A DNA stretch of 64,000 bases from a virus. The number at the start of each line of letters is the position of its first letter. The stretch's first letter is position 1. The notes beneath the pieces were generated by a model, which saw only the letters and a list, made by a program, of their open reading frames with translations, made no database searches and was not told the origin of the DNA. A program made the translations under genes and the position numbers. Shown piece by piece: positions 31,507 to 40,801 of the stretch. The DNA is taken from positions 8,248 through 72,247 of IMG/VR virus record IMGVR_UViG_3300017971_000278; one strand, given 5' to 3'.

Positions 31507-32178
31507 TTAACCTGCCATGTCTGGGTGAAGCCCCTGGCTTACCCAAGGAATGAGACCATGTGCAATATAGGTATAACTATGTTCAGATACAATATCATCA
31601 ATAGAAACACCGTAGCCAGAATTCATTAATTCCAGGCCGAGAATTTTCATAATAGCGAGTGCGCCGTATTCGTTCGCAGCAGAAAGAACAACATCAAACG
31701 GAGGAATCTGATCTGCATACCAAGGTAATGCTTTCTCTTGATCAGAGCCTGCAGAAGTAAGATTTTGTTCTTGGTTTCCTATCGCGGCTCCAGGCGTATT
31801 TTGACTAGTACCAGAAGAAGTTACAGTGGTATCAGATACGGAAATCTGTTCTCCTGCTTTGTATTCTGGACGAAGATCATCTTGGTCAGACAAGAAATAT
31901 AATCTACGACTTTCTTCTTTTGGGTCTATGTTTGCCAATTCATACATAATTGGTTCATGGTCAAACTGAATAAATACTAAAGAACCTGCAATTGCACGCT
32001 TACCACGAGCAAATGCTCTAGGATCTGCACTACCCATCGTATAGATAGGAGCTTTCTCACGTGACACTTGATAACTGATGCCCTGGATACTACCAATAGT
32101 GTTAGCACCAATAACAGCAGTAATGTCTACGCCGCTGAAGCTATTATAGCCTCTTGTAAATGCGGATTGTAATGCCAT
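31507..32178 (-). CDS. Major tail tube protein (223 aa)
   Basis: Directly after the sheath, with a GGAGG SD and a downstream terminator; SFSGVDI...REKAPIYTMGS...RGKRAIAGSLVF. Confidence 0.8.
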   Translation of the reverse strand: MALQSAFTRGYNSFSGVDITAVIGANTIGSIQGISYQVSREKAPIYTMGSADPRAFARGKRAIAGSLVFIQFDHEPIMYELANIDPKEESRRLYFLSDQDDLRPEYKAGEQISVSDTTVTSSGTSQNTPGAAIGNQEQNLTSAGSDQEKALPWYADQIPPFDVVLSAANEYGALAIMKILGLELMNSGYGVSIDDIVSEHSYTYIAHGLIPWVSQGLHPDMAG

Positions 32179-32193
32179 TGTTCATTAACCTCC

Positions 32194-34083
32194 TTATGAG
32201 CCAGATTTGCTTAGTGCAATTGTTATATTAATCTGACGTACTTCAAATGCTGGAATCAACGTTAAGCTGACTACAACAACGCCCTGTACTTCTTGTTGAG
32301 GAGTTTGAGTGACACTAAACCCCTTATAATCTTGCAGATAACCGTCTGTCTTTGCAGGCAGAAGGACCTGGTTTTCAACTGCAGTTTCCATCGATGTTCT
32401 TTTGGCACTACCAGTACCTTCACCAATAAATGGATCAAGAACTAAACGACAACCATCAATAATAGCCTTAACTATACGAACAGTAGATAACCGTCTCCAG
32501 TCAGAGTTAGGCATTGTAGCAGTAGGAGCATCTGTGATTTTAACACCAGTTCCTTTTTTGCGGAGCGTAACATATCCAGCACCAGTAAGGTCATCATACA
32601 CACCAAGTTTATAATTATAAATTATTGATGCGCCACTAACCGACTTGTTGGTCGGTGCAGAATCCGGTGGAAGACCTACATAAAAACCTGCATAAGATGC
32701 AGCATACGGTCCGAGATAACCAGCATTGTACCAGTTGTTTCTCAAGAAAACAGTATCAGCGACAACACTAATATACTTGCCAAGATCAACAGGAATATCA
32801 TTATCGTCTACTTGCTCTGTACCATCCATGAACTCAGAATCAGTAAGAATAAAACCTCCACCGAAAATACCAGAGCGATGAGAACTCATACCAACCATAA
32901 ACTTATTACCAAGTAATCCACTACCGTCATCACCAGAAGAAGCAATAGATTCTAACCCAGTAGTTGTATCTAATGTCCACGTAGGGGCAGTTCCATACCA
33001 GCGTGCTCTGTCGCGAAGACTATTAGAAGCAGGCGGAAGAGTTCCAATGGTACCAGTTGCATCAACAATATCAGTGCTGTAATCATAAAGAAAACGTCCA
33101 AGCTGATATGCGAAGTTAACCTCATGAAAGTCTGCAGTACTAAGACTAGTTCCATCTATTTTTGCACTTGCAGAAGAAGAACCAACGGCTGGATTCGGAA
33201 AGATTTCAGCAACTCCGTCACCATTAATATCCCACCAAAAGTAATACTCTCCTTCGTATTCTTCTACATAAACCTTACCTAAAGAGTCAACGTCAATACC
33301 AAGCCGATAAGAACCAGCAGTCGGATATGTGTTTGTGCCAGGCAACACTGGAGTAACAGCACCAATAAAGTGTCCTTGATCTACAACATTATAGTCATCA
33401 AGAAAAGTATCCATAGGTACAATTACGTCAAATTCTTCTGCCAACAGAAACTTATAGGCTTTATAAAGCTCTTCGTAAAGTTCCATTCTGGACAAACTAA
33501 GACCATCAGTTCCAGCGGTAAAACTAGTACCAGCATAAGTTGAAGGATCAACAGCATCCAAGTCGATAAAAGCAGACGCAGATCCAATGTCAACTCCGCC
33601 GCCAACAGCGCGATAACCACTTACGGTTACCTCAAATAATTCAATTGGTGAAGTTTGGCTGTTATCATAAACAACCAGATTGTCACTATTTCTACGCACA
33701 ACAAGACGATCCTCAGAATCATCATAGTACATAGAGTAGTTGCCACCAGCGTCAGCATCTTGTTCTACTGTTTCAATAATATAACCAGCAACACCAGTAG
33801 AGTCACCAACACCAGATAGTTTAGCAGCAGTAGAACCAATCCTAAACAGAGCAACTTCTTCTGCTCCTGTTTTGAGTGCTTCCCACATACCGCGCATTAA
33901 TGTTCCTTCGTTACCAAATTCCGACCTAGCCTGTGTGGTTGTAGGCACGAGATAAAACGAATCCCCTGCGCCTTTAGCTGACGTACCAACTATCAAAACA
34001 CGGGGTGCTCTAGATCCAGCTTCTGGAGCCAAATTACCATCATTTTTATAGGCTTTTACACCTGGAAGATTAGCAAATACCAT
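32194..34083 (-). CDS. Tail sheath protein (629 aa)
   Basis: N-terminal LPGV...LIVGTSAKG; C-terminal RRLSTVRIV...FIGE...LIPAFEVRQINITI sheath signature. Confidence 0.9.
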   Translation of the reverse strand: MVFANLPGVKAYKNDGNLAPEAGSRAPRVLIVGTSAKGAGDSFYLVPTTTQARSEFGNEGTLMRGMWEALKTGAEEVALFRIGSTAAKLSGVGDSTGVAGYIIETVEQDADAGGNYSMYYDDSEDRLVVRRNSDNLVVYDNSQTSPIELFEVTVSGYRAVGGGVDIGSASAFIDLDAVDPSTYAGTSFTAGTDGLSLSRMELYEELYKAYKFLLAEEFDVIVPMDTFLDDYNVVDQGHFIGAVTPVLPGTNTYPTAGSYRLGIDVDSLGKVYVEEYEGEYYFWWDINGDGVAEIFPNPAVGSSSASAKIDGTSLSTADFHEVNFAYQLGRFLYDYSTDIVDATGTIGTLPPASNSLRDRARWYGTAPTWTLDTTTGLESIASSGDDGSGLLGNKFMVGMSSHRSGIFGGGFILTDSEFMDGTEQVDDNDIPVDLGKYISVVADTVFLRNNWYNAGYLGPYAASYAGFYVGLPPDSAPTNKSVSGASIIYNYKLGVYDDLTGAGYVTLRKKGTGVKITDAPTATMPNSDWRRLSTVRIVKAIIDGCRLVLDPFIGEGTGSAKRTSMETAVENQVLLPAKTDGYLQDYKGFSVTQTPQQEVQGVVVVSLTLIPAFEVRQINITIALSKSGS

Positions 34084-34098
34084 CTTATAAAACCCCTC

Positions 34099-34815
34099 CT
34101 AATTCCTTGAAAGTTCCACTTCAAGAATAATATCTTTAAGTTCTTGCGAACTAAAGTGGAACGTATCGTCTGTTCTCACCATATAGGTGATAGGGTATTT
34201 AGTTGTTTTTAATTCATCTATTATTGGCCTTTCGCGATCTTCTGTTTGTATTTCTACAACTACAAAACCGAAAAGTTTAAAGTACCAATTATAAATATCC
34301 ATTGTTCTCTCAAACCATAAAAGTCTCTCTCTAGCTACTTTGTTAGTTCGAGCATAAATATTAAAAGTAATCCAGTTATCATAAAATCTACCCATAGTAG
34401 TTAATTTTTGCCCAGGTGCTTCTGGGTGGTCTATAGTAGCTCTATGATGTGGACTAAGTTCTCTTACTTGTGCTTTCCCTGGAGCGCCCTGGCCAAAAGC
34501 ACCAGGAAGCCTTGATTTAAGGAAAAACGTTATACACTCAGTATCAATTGTTTCAGGAGGATCTTCTTCTACAACTAAAATCCTCATTTCTTCTGGGACA
34601 CCTTCGTATGCTTGTTTAGAAAAAATAGCTTTTTGCACTAATGCAAAAAAATCGTCTAGTTCAGCACCAGAAGCTGGAGTTCGTTTATCTGTATGTAAAG
34701 TCTCTAAATATCTATCAACAAGTAACTCTACCTGTGATTCGTTATAACGAACACGGGTACCGGTCGATTCTATCGACGGTATTTTAGTTATGTTGTCAAG
34801 TTTAGTTGTCATCAT
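34099..34815 (-). CDS. Tail terminator / neck protein (238 aa)
   Basis: Located just upstream of the sheath; DNWITFNIYARTNKVA motif. Confidence 0.55.
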   Translation of the reverse strand: MMTTKLDNITKIPSIESTGTRVRYNESQVELLVDRYLETLHTDKRTPASGAELDDFFALVQKAIFSKQAYEGVPEEMRILVVEEDPPETIDTECITFFLKSRLPGAFGQGAPGKAQVRELSPHHRATIDHPEAPGQKLTTMGRFYDNWITFNIYARTNKVARERLLWFERTMDIYNWYFKLFGFVVVEIQTEDRERPIIDELKTTKYPITYMVRTDDTFHFSSQELKDIILEVELSRN

Positions 34816-35386
34816 ACATTCCTAATTGCCTATTTTGAACGCCATAGTGTACACTCCACTTACGTTCTTCTACAGCACGAATACTCCAGAATTCAATTCT
34901 ACCATTATCTGACCTAAAAGACGTCGCATCTACTATCTTAAAATAAATATCTCTAGCAACAGGAACAGCAGGAGTACCATCTGGATTAAGTTTTACTGTA
35001 ATAATATAATCATCGTCTGTTATTATATTGTCATATTCTATATAAAAATTATCTCCAACAAACTCGTTATTGTTACCTTGTTTTTTTCTAAAAGATGTTT
35101 TATCTCTATAGTGCAAAACAGTAACTTCGTCCCAGTAATATCCCATACCAAGACAATATCTACAGTAATAATCTTTATCTGGTTCGTCTGTTACATCGCT
35201 TCTACATGCACATCTTACTCTATTGCCATTAGAGTCTCTTCTCATTCTGCGGATTAAACCATAACGTCCTTTTGCTTCTTCATCTATTGCACCATGTAAC
35301 AGACGATAAATCTCAACACGCAAATCTAATTCTTTTCCACTTGTAGTAGTTGGATAAAGATTAGTATATGGATTAGTTCCGCCCAT
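34802..35386 (-). CDS. Head-closure/neck protein with a Cys4 zinc finger (194 aa)
   Basis: RCAC...YCRYCLGMGY; located between the adaptor and the tail terminator. Confidence 0.6.
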   Translation of the reverse strand: MGGTNPYTNLYPTTTSGKELDLRVEIYRLLHGAIDEEAKGRYGLIRRMRRDSNGNRVRCACRSDVTDEPDKDYYCRYCLGMGYYWDEVTVLHYRDKTSFRKKQGNNNEFVGDNFYIEYDNIITDDDYIITVKLNPDGTPAVPVARDIYFKIVDATSFRSDNGRIEFWSIRAVEERKWSVHYGVQNRQLGMYDDN

Positions 35387-37188
35387 TATTTATTTCTCCA
35401 ACTGGTATTTCTCCATGTTTTTAACTTCTTACGACTACTATATGTGTTTACTTTTGTATTTGCAGCCGGGCGATAATATCCCAACCCATTTGTTGGCTCC
35501 CATTGTCTACCAACAACAATAGCATCTTCTGAATATTTACCTTTTACAGCGTAAGTTGGTTTTAAAGATGCATCAGGTGTAATTTCTCCACCTGTTTGTA
35601 CTGCTATTTTCCAATATTCCATACATGCCAGAAGATCATCTATTAGACCATCAATTGCTTCTCGTCCGCCAGCTCTATAAACTTTTAAGTCACCAAGCTG
35701 TTTAGACATTCTGTCTGTAAACTGACCGTCAGATGATATACCTTTTACTAGAATTAACTCAGCTTTACATGTCGTAAATTCGCGCCGAGCTAGATCATAA
35801 TATGTAGCATCACTTATTGTATTTGTAAAAGAGATTCCATCTGTAAAAATAGAAGCCTCTAATATAGCAAACATAATAGTCTCATCGTTTACATCAGCAA
35901 CCAAAGAACCAAGATCAAGCCTAATCCTTCTCATGCTTGTATAAATTGGAGTATATTCTGTTGAAAAATATGTTACATAATCAGAACCTAATGTGTTGCC
36001 ACTTGTATCTGCTATATCTTGATCTAAGGTGATTATGACTATATTGTTTACATATAGTTGCGCCGGATCTAAATCTATATATATTTGATGGTCACCAACA
36101 GCAGATACTGTAAAATCTAAATCTCCCGTGTATGTAATTTGATTTAAAGAATCAATACCAATAGCAGGTTCAGACCTAACAGCGATATTGTCAACAAGAG
36201 TAGTAGTGTCAAGAGCAACCGTATCACTAAAAGTAACAATTATTCTTTCACCCACATAGGCACTCGTAGAAATAGCAACACCATATTCTCCACCGGCAGG
36301 ATCAACTTCAGAAACAGAGAAAGAAGAGGTAGCTACACTTGTAGAAGAAGCAGCTGTGAGTGTATCAATTCCACTTGCACTAGAAGTAGATGGCGGTGTA
36401 ACAATAGATCCACTGCCAGTAGAAAATGACCATCTATATGTACTTGCCATAGAAACAAATGGAATACATTTTATACTCCATTTATCGCCAGTTACAAATG
36501 TTCCATCTGGATCACAAGTAATATAAACACCATTTTCAAGTTCTCTTTTGCCAGTTACAGTAATACCAGTATAAGTAGTAAGTGGATCTGTTTGTCTCCA
36601 CCAACTATAAGTTGCACTGCCTGTCTGACCACCGTTAGTTATCTCAATAATATAAGTGACTTCAGAGTCACCGGTATATCCGCCGCCAGGATAAATAACA
36701 CCAGTGCCAGATACAGATACCGGCAAGGCGTCAAATACAGTTCTAGAGCGAACACCAGAATCAAAAGCATTAGTGGTGTCTTCATCACCAGCAACTAAAG
36801 CTTGATATTCTTTGTTGGGAGCAAGTGGGGCTTCAGGAACAAGTGTAGCTACTGTACGCCATAATGTTCCATCGCCAGTATAATCAACTGCAGAATCAGA
36901 TACAGTAGCACCAGAAGCGTCTACTCTGCTAAAGGTAATACTGCACTGTACAAATCCAGGGAAGTATGGTGAGTCTAATATATCGTCTGCATTAAGACCA
37001 GGTTCTTCAAACGGATTCATTTCGCCGCCAAAGAAAACACCCTGATCAGGACCGGTTAATATAAATGTACCAGTATTGATAGAATCTTCATCCATCTCCT
37101 GGTCAAATGTTACGGTGAAGTTATCACCAATTGGTATACCTATTGAACCATTAGCTGGATATACATTTACTACAGTCGGTGCAGCCAC
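35386..37188 (-). CDS. Head-tail adaptor fused to Ig-like (Big_5/SbsA-like) domains (600 aa)
   Basis: APTVVNVYPANG...VTFDQEMD Ig-like start; second Ig-like unit ending IADTSGNTLGSDYVTYFST; C-terminal adaptor-like SKQLGDLKV. Confidence 0.6.
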   Translation of the reverse strand: MAAPTVVNVYPANGSIGIPIGDNFTVTFDQEMDEDSINTGTFILTGPDQGVFFGGEMNPFEEPGLNADDILDSPYFPGFVQCSITFSRVDASGATVSDSAVDYTGDGTLWRTVATLVPEAPLAPNKEYQALVAGDEDTTNAFDSGVRSRTVFDALPVSVSGTGVIYPGGGYTGDSEVTYIIEITNGGQTGSATYSWWRQTDPLTTYTGITVTGKRELENGVYITCDPDGTFVTGDKWSIKCIPFVSMASTYRWSFSTGSGSIVTPPSTSSASGIDTLTAASSTSVATSSFSVSEVDPAGGEYGVAISTSAYVGERIIVTFSDTVALDTTTLVDNIAVRSEPAIGIDSLNQITYTGDLDFTVSAVGDHQIYIDLDPAQLYVNNIVIITLDQDIADTSGNTLGSDYVTYFSTEYTPIYTSMRRIRLDLGSLVADVNDETIMFAILEASIFTDGISFTNTISDATYYDLARREFTTCKAELILVKGISSDGQFTDRMSKQLGDLKVYRAGGREAIDGLIDDLLACMEYWKIAVQTGGEITPDASLKPTYAVKGKYSEDAIVVGRQWEPTNGLGYYRPAANTKVNTYSSRKKLKTWRNTSWRNK

Positions 37189-37195
37189 TTAGAAT

Positions 37196-37453
37196 CTACT
37201 CCTCTTCGATGTCAAATTCAAATTCATCAGCTAGTCTGTTTATTTCACATTGTTCAGCTGTTGGTTTTGGTACATCTAAACCATTATTGCCAAGAATCTC
37301 AGCTAAACCCTTAGCGGAACTTTGTGCTTTTTGTAGCTTTGCTAATGCTTTAAATTCATTTATCAATTTATGTGATGCTTTAAATTCTTTTTCTTCTTCT
37401 TCAAATTCAAACTTAATTTCTACTTTTGTTTTTACTTCTACTTTTTCGCTCAT
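37196..37453 (-). CDS. Hypothetical protein (85 aa)
   Basis: ORF with a GGAG SD within the head-neck operon. Confidence 0.6.
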   Translation of the reverse strand: MSEKVEVKTKVEIKFEFEEEEKEFKASHKLINEFKALAKLQKAQSSAKGLAEILGNNGLDVPKPTAEQCEINRLADEFEFDIEEE

Positions 37454-37993
37454 TTAAAACTCCGCAATTTTATTTTGTATAGTTTGTATAACACCAGATC
37501 TATTTAGTTTTTCTTCTTCTATCATTAAACATGCATGTAAAAAAACTAATTGTTCATTACTTGCCTTCATTTGTTTAATGGTTTTCTTTATGGTATTACC
37601 ATTTTTACTTAAGAATATTTTAGCATTTTCTATATCAGATTCGCTAGGAGTATTATCTTCTTCTAGCTCATCTTCTTCATCTTCATCATTGTCAATAGTA
37701 ACAGAAAACACTTCTGGCATAAGACTAGATTCATCTTCTTTTACATCTTCTGTATTTACAGAAAAGTTACCATTAAAATATCCAAGTTCATTTAGATTTT
37801 TAACTCTATTGTTTTCAGAATCAAATATTTTAATTTCTATTCTACTCGCAGATTTGTTAATGGTTTCAATTTCTTCGAAAGACAAAGACTCAATATCTAA
37901 AAGACCACTAACAGTATCATTCATAGTTAAATTTATAATATTATTTAAAAACCAAAAAGGACTGTCTCCTAATTTGACTTTAAACAGTTTCAT
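37454..37993 (-). CDS. Hypothetical acidic protein downstream of the capsid gene (179 aa)
   Basis: AAGGAG SD; acidic linker; C-terminal helical E..K.NRSGVI motif. Confidence 0.65.
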   Translation of the reverse strand: MKLFKVKLGDSPFWFLNNIINLTMNDTVSGLLDIESLSFEEIETINKSASRIEIKIFDSENNRVKNLNELGYFNGNFSVNTEDVKEDESSLMPEVFSVTIDNDEDEEDELEEDNTPSESDIENAKIFLSKNGNTIKKTIKQMKASNEQLVFLHACLMIEEEKLNRSGVIQTIQNKIAEF

Positions 37994-38010
37994 TTTGTTT
38001 TCTCCTTGTT

Positions 38011-38051
38011 AAAGAAAAAAGGGAGAAGGAGACCGACTGCTCCTTCTCCCT
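38011..38051 (-). terminator. Rho-independent terminator after the major capsid gene
   Basis: AGGGAGAAGGAG-cagtcggt-CTCCTTCTCCCT, a 12-bp stem, followed by TTTTTCTTT. Confidence 0.9.
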
Positions 38052-38083
38052 ATGAAACATTACGCCTTAAAAGACGCTACGAT

Positions 38084-39337
38084 TTACAGACCAGAGATTG
38101 CCGTAGTAGTATCAAGCTCGCTGATACTTCCGCTAGAAGAAATAGTTGCAGTAAGTGGCATAGCAATTTCATTAGCTTTAACAGGCACATTACGAAGAAC
38201 ACCAATGCCAAGACCGTCTTCATAAATAGCAAAACCATAACGCTCTTTGAGCTTCATCTTGCTACTATCAGTAGACATATCTTCCCATTTGTCCATCACT
38301 ACGTCGTGGTCAACAACAAGCGCACCGAGGTTATTAGAATCAAAGATCATAATATCAGCAGTGTTATTGTTAACGTTAAACGGAGCAAAAGGAGTAACGA
38401 GAACGTTCAGCGGGTGCGGAAAGTAATCCGGAATAACTGCGGCAGAATTCAGATTCTGATCAAGTTCAGAAACAGAAGTAGGAGTCTCAGTTGCAGCATT
38501 TCCACTAGGAGTAAACTGTCCATATCCACTTGGCAGACCTTGGCCATTCTGCGAAGAAGCAGACCATGGGTTACCAGACTTAGGCATATTATGCCTCTGG
38601 AACCATTGACCGTTGCCAGTGTTTTTAACGATAGTCTGAAGCAGAGGATCAGCCATCCACATAGACCAGGTTAAGGGGTGCATCATAAGAGTGTTAGGAA
38701 TAAAACCCTGCATCATAATATGAGCATACGCCTTCAAAAGGTCTTCCATCCGACAAGAACCGTTTCCGGCACCAGAGAGGGAGCGACCAGTGCATGTACC
38801 ATACACAGAAGATGTTGGGGTAATATTATCAAAAAGGGTAACACCCATGGCAGTAATAAACTGCATACCTTTTTGTTCTTTTTTACGAGCAAGCGCCGTT
38901 CTTGCGGCCCGGATGTGCATATTGATAACGTCAAACTGAGAGTAGCGTTGCATCTCTTCAGTAATTTTAAAAGCAAGACCAGTCTTTGCTACGTTAATCG
39001 TCACGGTTCCAGGTGCAATCTGCAGTTGCTGTTCTGGGTAGGTTTGGTTTTCACCAAGGTCATAGGCGACCAATGAACCAATTGTCGGGAAAGTAATTCT
39101 AGCAGCAGCAGAGTACTGTACCCTATCCAAGAGAGCGGGGATGATCATCATAGGCTCTACAGGTTCGCGCATAATATCTTCAACAACTTTTGGCATCCAA
39201 GCAGCTGCATTAGGTGTAGCAATTGCATCATCATAAGTCAATTGTTTTTGAGAAGCCGAATTAAAGCCGTTATTCATCCAAGTGTCTCGGAATAGTTCAT
39301 AACTGTCGCCGAAGGTTGTTTTGTTCTTAGTATTCAT
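38084..39337 (-). CDS. Major capsid protein (HK97 fold, 417 aa)
   Basis: LGENQTYPE, KTGLAFKITEEM, PNTLMMHP and KLKERYG motifs; AAGGAGG SD; followed by a terminator. Confidence 0.9.
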   Translation of the reverse strand: MNTKNKTTFGDSYELFRDTWMNNGFNSASQKQLTYDDAIATPNAAAWMPKVVEDIMREPVEPMMIIPALLDRVQYSAAARITFPTIGSLVAYDLGENQTYPEQQLQIAPGTVTINVAKTGLAFKITEEMQRYSQFDVINMHIRAARTALARKKEQKGMQFITAMGVTLFDNITPTSSVYGTCTGRSLSGAGNGSCRMEDLLKAYAHIMMQGFIPNTLMMHPLTWSMWMADPLLQTIVKNTGNGQWFQRHNMPKSGNPWSASSQNGQGLPSGYGQFTPSGNAATETPTSVSELDQNLNSAAVIPDYFPHPLNVLVTPFAPFNVNNNTADIMIFDSNNLGALVVDHDVVMDKWEDMSTDSSKMKLKERYGFAIYEDGLGIGVLRNVPVKANEIAMPLTATISSSGSISELDTTTAISGL

Positions 39338-39359
39338 TATATTATCCTCCTTCGACTTT

Positions 39360-40781
39360 TTATCGTAAGATCAGGTTAACGATGATCATTCGCTCTGCAG
39401 CGTTAGCATACGTCAACTGATCGGTTCGTCCACCAGTAGCAGTACCAGGAGTCTGCAAGTTAGCAGCAGTCTGGCCCATATAACTAGTATGAACTCTATC
39501 TAAATAATCTTTGGACCAACGACCTTCTCCAAAGGTGAAAGTTCCAATGACCTGACCAACTACGCCAAAGACGTGGTTGTCAACAATTTGCTCAATCTGA
39601 TTAGAGATAATGCTATTATCAGTTTGAGTGTCATACTCCGGATCGGCAGCCCATGGATCTCCAGAAGCGTCGTATCCGTCTCCACCAGCCAAATTAAGTT
39701 CAGCCTTAATAAGGTTACTGTGATCATCAAACGTAACAAAGTCACCATAGTCGAGATTACCAGTAGCACAAGCATACGTACTAAGAGTGTTAGTAGCGCT
39801 ACCTTCTGCCATGTAATGGTAATAGGTGATCGTTCCAAGTACCGTAAACGGACTAGGAATAGCGTCTCCACCATCTTCATACACGAAAAGCATTCCAACT
39901 TCATAATCCATGAAGAAGTCACCAGCAGCACTAAGGCTACTAATAGAATCAACTTCGCGGGTCAATCCGCCGAGAGACGAAGTGATCGGGCTATCTTCAG
40001 TAATGTGAGCTACTGGGTAATTCACAAACATATAACCTACAACACTGTCGCCAGCAGTAACACCAGAATAACGGGTTACTTCTGCAATCTGAGTAGAATT
40101 AAACCAACCAGCAACACGAGGAGTAGTAGTTCCGTCGAAGAAATCTTCAAGCGCACCATTAGCTCCAGCAGTATTATCATTGGCCATTGTTTCGGTAGTT
40201 GCCAGAGCCGGAAGCACTGGGAAAGTACCTACATAGTCACAAGTAACGGCGCAAAGAGCTTGCGGGCGAAAGTTGTGTTCAATGAGATTTGCCGGATTGT
40301 AATGATCTGTTCCAGCAGCTTTGTAATAATTGTAAGACGCGAAACCAATCGGCCTGGAAATAAAATCCATGGCGTGCTCAGTATGGCGAATCAAACCACG
40401 TTCACGAAGACCAGCTGTAAGTTCTGCCCTTGTATAAGATACACCAGCAGCAACAACGGTTGTACCAGTAACAAGATCAATTACGCCTTCGCTGGCATCT
40501 GTAGTAGTATAAGTAAGAGCAGTAGCGCCAGAAGCGATATTCCAAGCTTTTCGCAGACCAGCAGGAACTAACTTACCTTCGCGGTCTTCTGCAACAACCT
40601 TACCCGAAGAAACCACGTAATAAGTTTCATATTCTTGCTCGTAACGAACAGTTGGCAGCCACGATGCAGGCGTGCTCTCAAAGTGCGGACGATGAGATTC
40701 AGACCACTCGAAATTAGGAGTGATTCGTCCCATACGATCCCAAAATTTGTGATTACTAACATATCCTCTAGGAATTGTCAT
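39360..40781 (-). CDS. Capsid decoration / minor capsid protein (473 aa)
   Basis: Between the protease/scaffold and MCP genes; GGAGG SD; VVSSGKVVA...LVPAG decoration-like start. Confidence 0.6.
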   Translation of the reverse strand: MTIPRGYVSNHKFWDRMGRITPNFEWSESHRPHFESTPASWLPTVRYEQEYETYYVVSSGKVVAEDREGKLVPAGLRKAWNIASGATALTYTTTDASEGVIDLVTGTTVVAAGVSYTRAELTAGLRERGLIRHTEHAMDFISRPIGFASYNYYKAAGTDHYNPANLIEHNFRPQALCAVTCDYVGTFPVLPALATTETMANDNTAGANGALEDFFDGTTTPRVAGWFNSTQIAEVTRYSGVTAGDSVVGYMFVNYPVAHITEDSPITSSLGGLTREVDSISSLSAAGDFFMDYEVGMLFVYEDGGDAIPSPFTVLGTITYYHYMAEGSATNTLSTYACATGNLDYGDFVTFDDHSNLIKAELNLAGGDGYDASGDPWAADPEYDTQTDNSIISNQIEQIVDNHVFGVVGQVIGTFTFGEGRWSKDYLDRVHTSYMGQTAANLQTPGTATGGRTDQLTYANAAERMIIVNLILR

Positions 40782-40801
40782 ATTTATTTACCTCCCTTAA
40801 T

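Noticed and set aside
39573-40571. 332-aa + strand ORF, and other antisense ORFs such as 5669-6226, 24747-25328, 38006-38674 and 53113-53832
   Set aside because: They lie opposite well-supported minus-strand genes, have Ser/Ile-rich shadow composition and no recognisable motifs.
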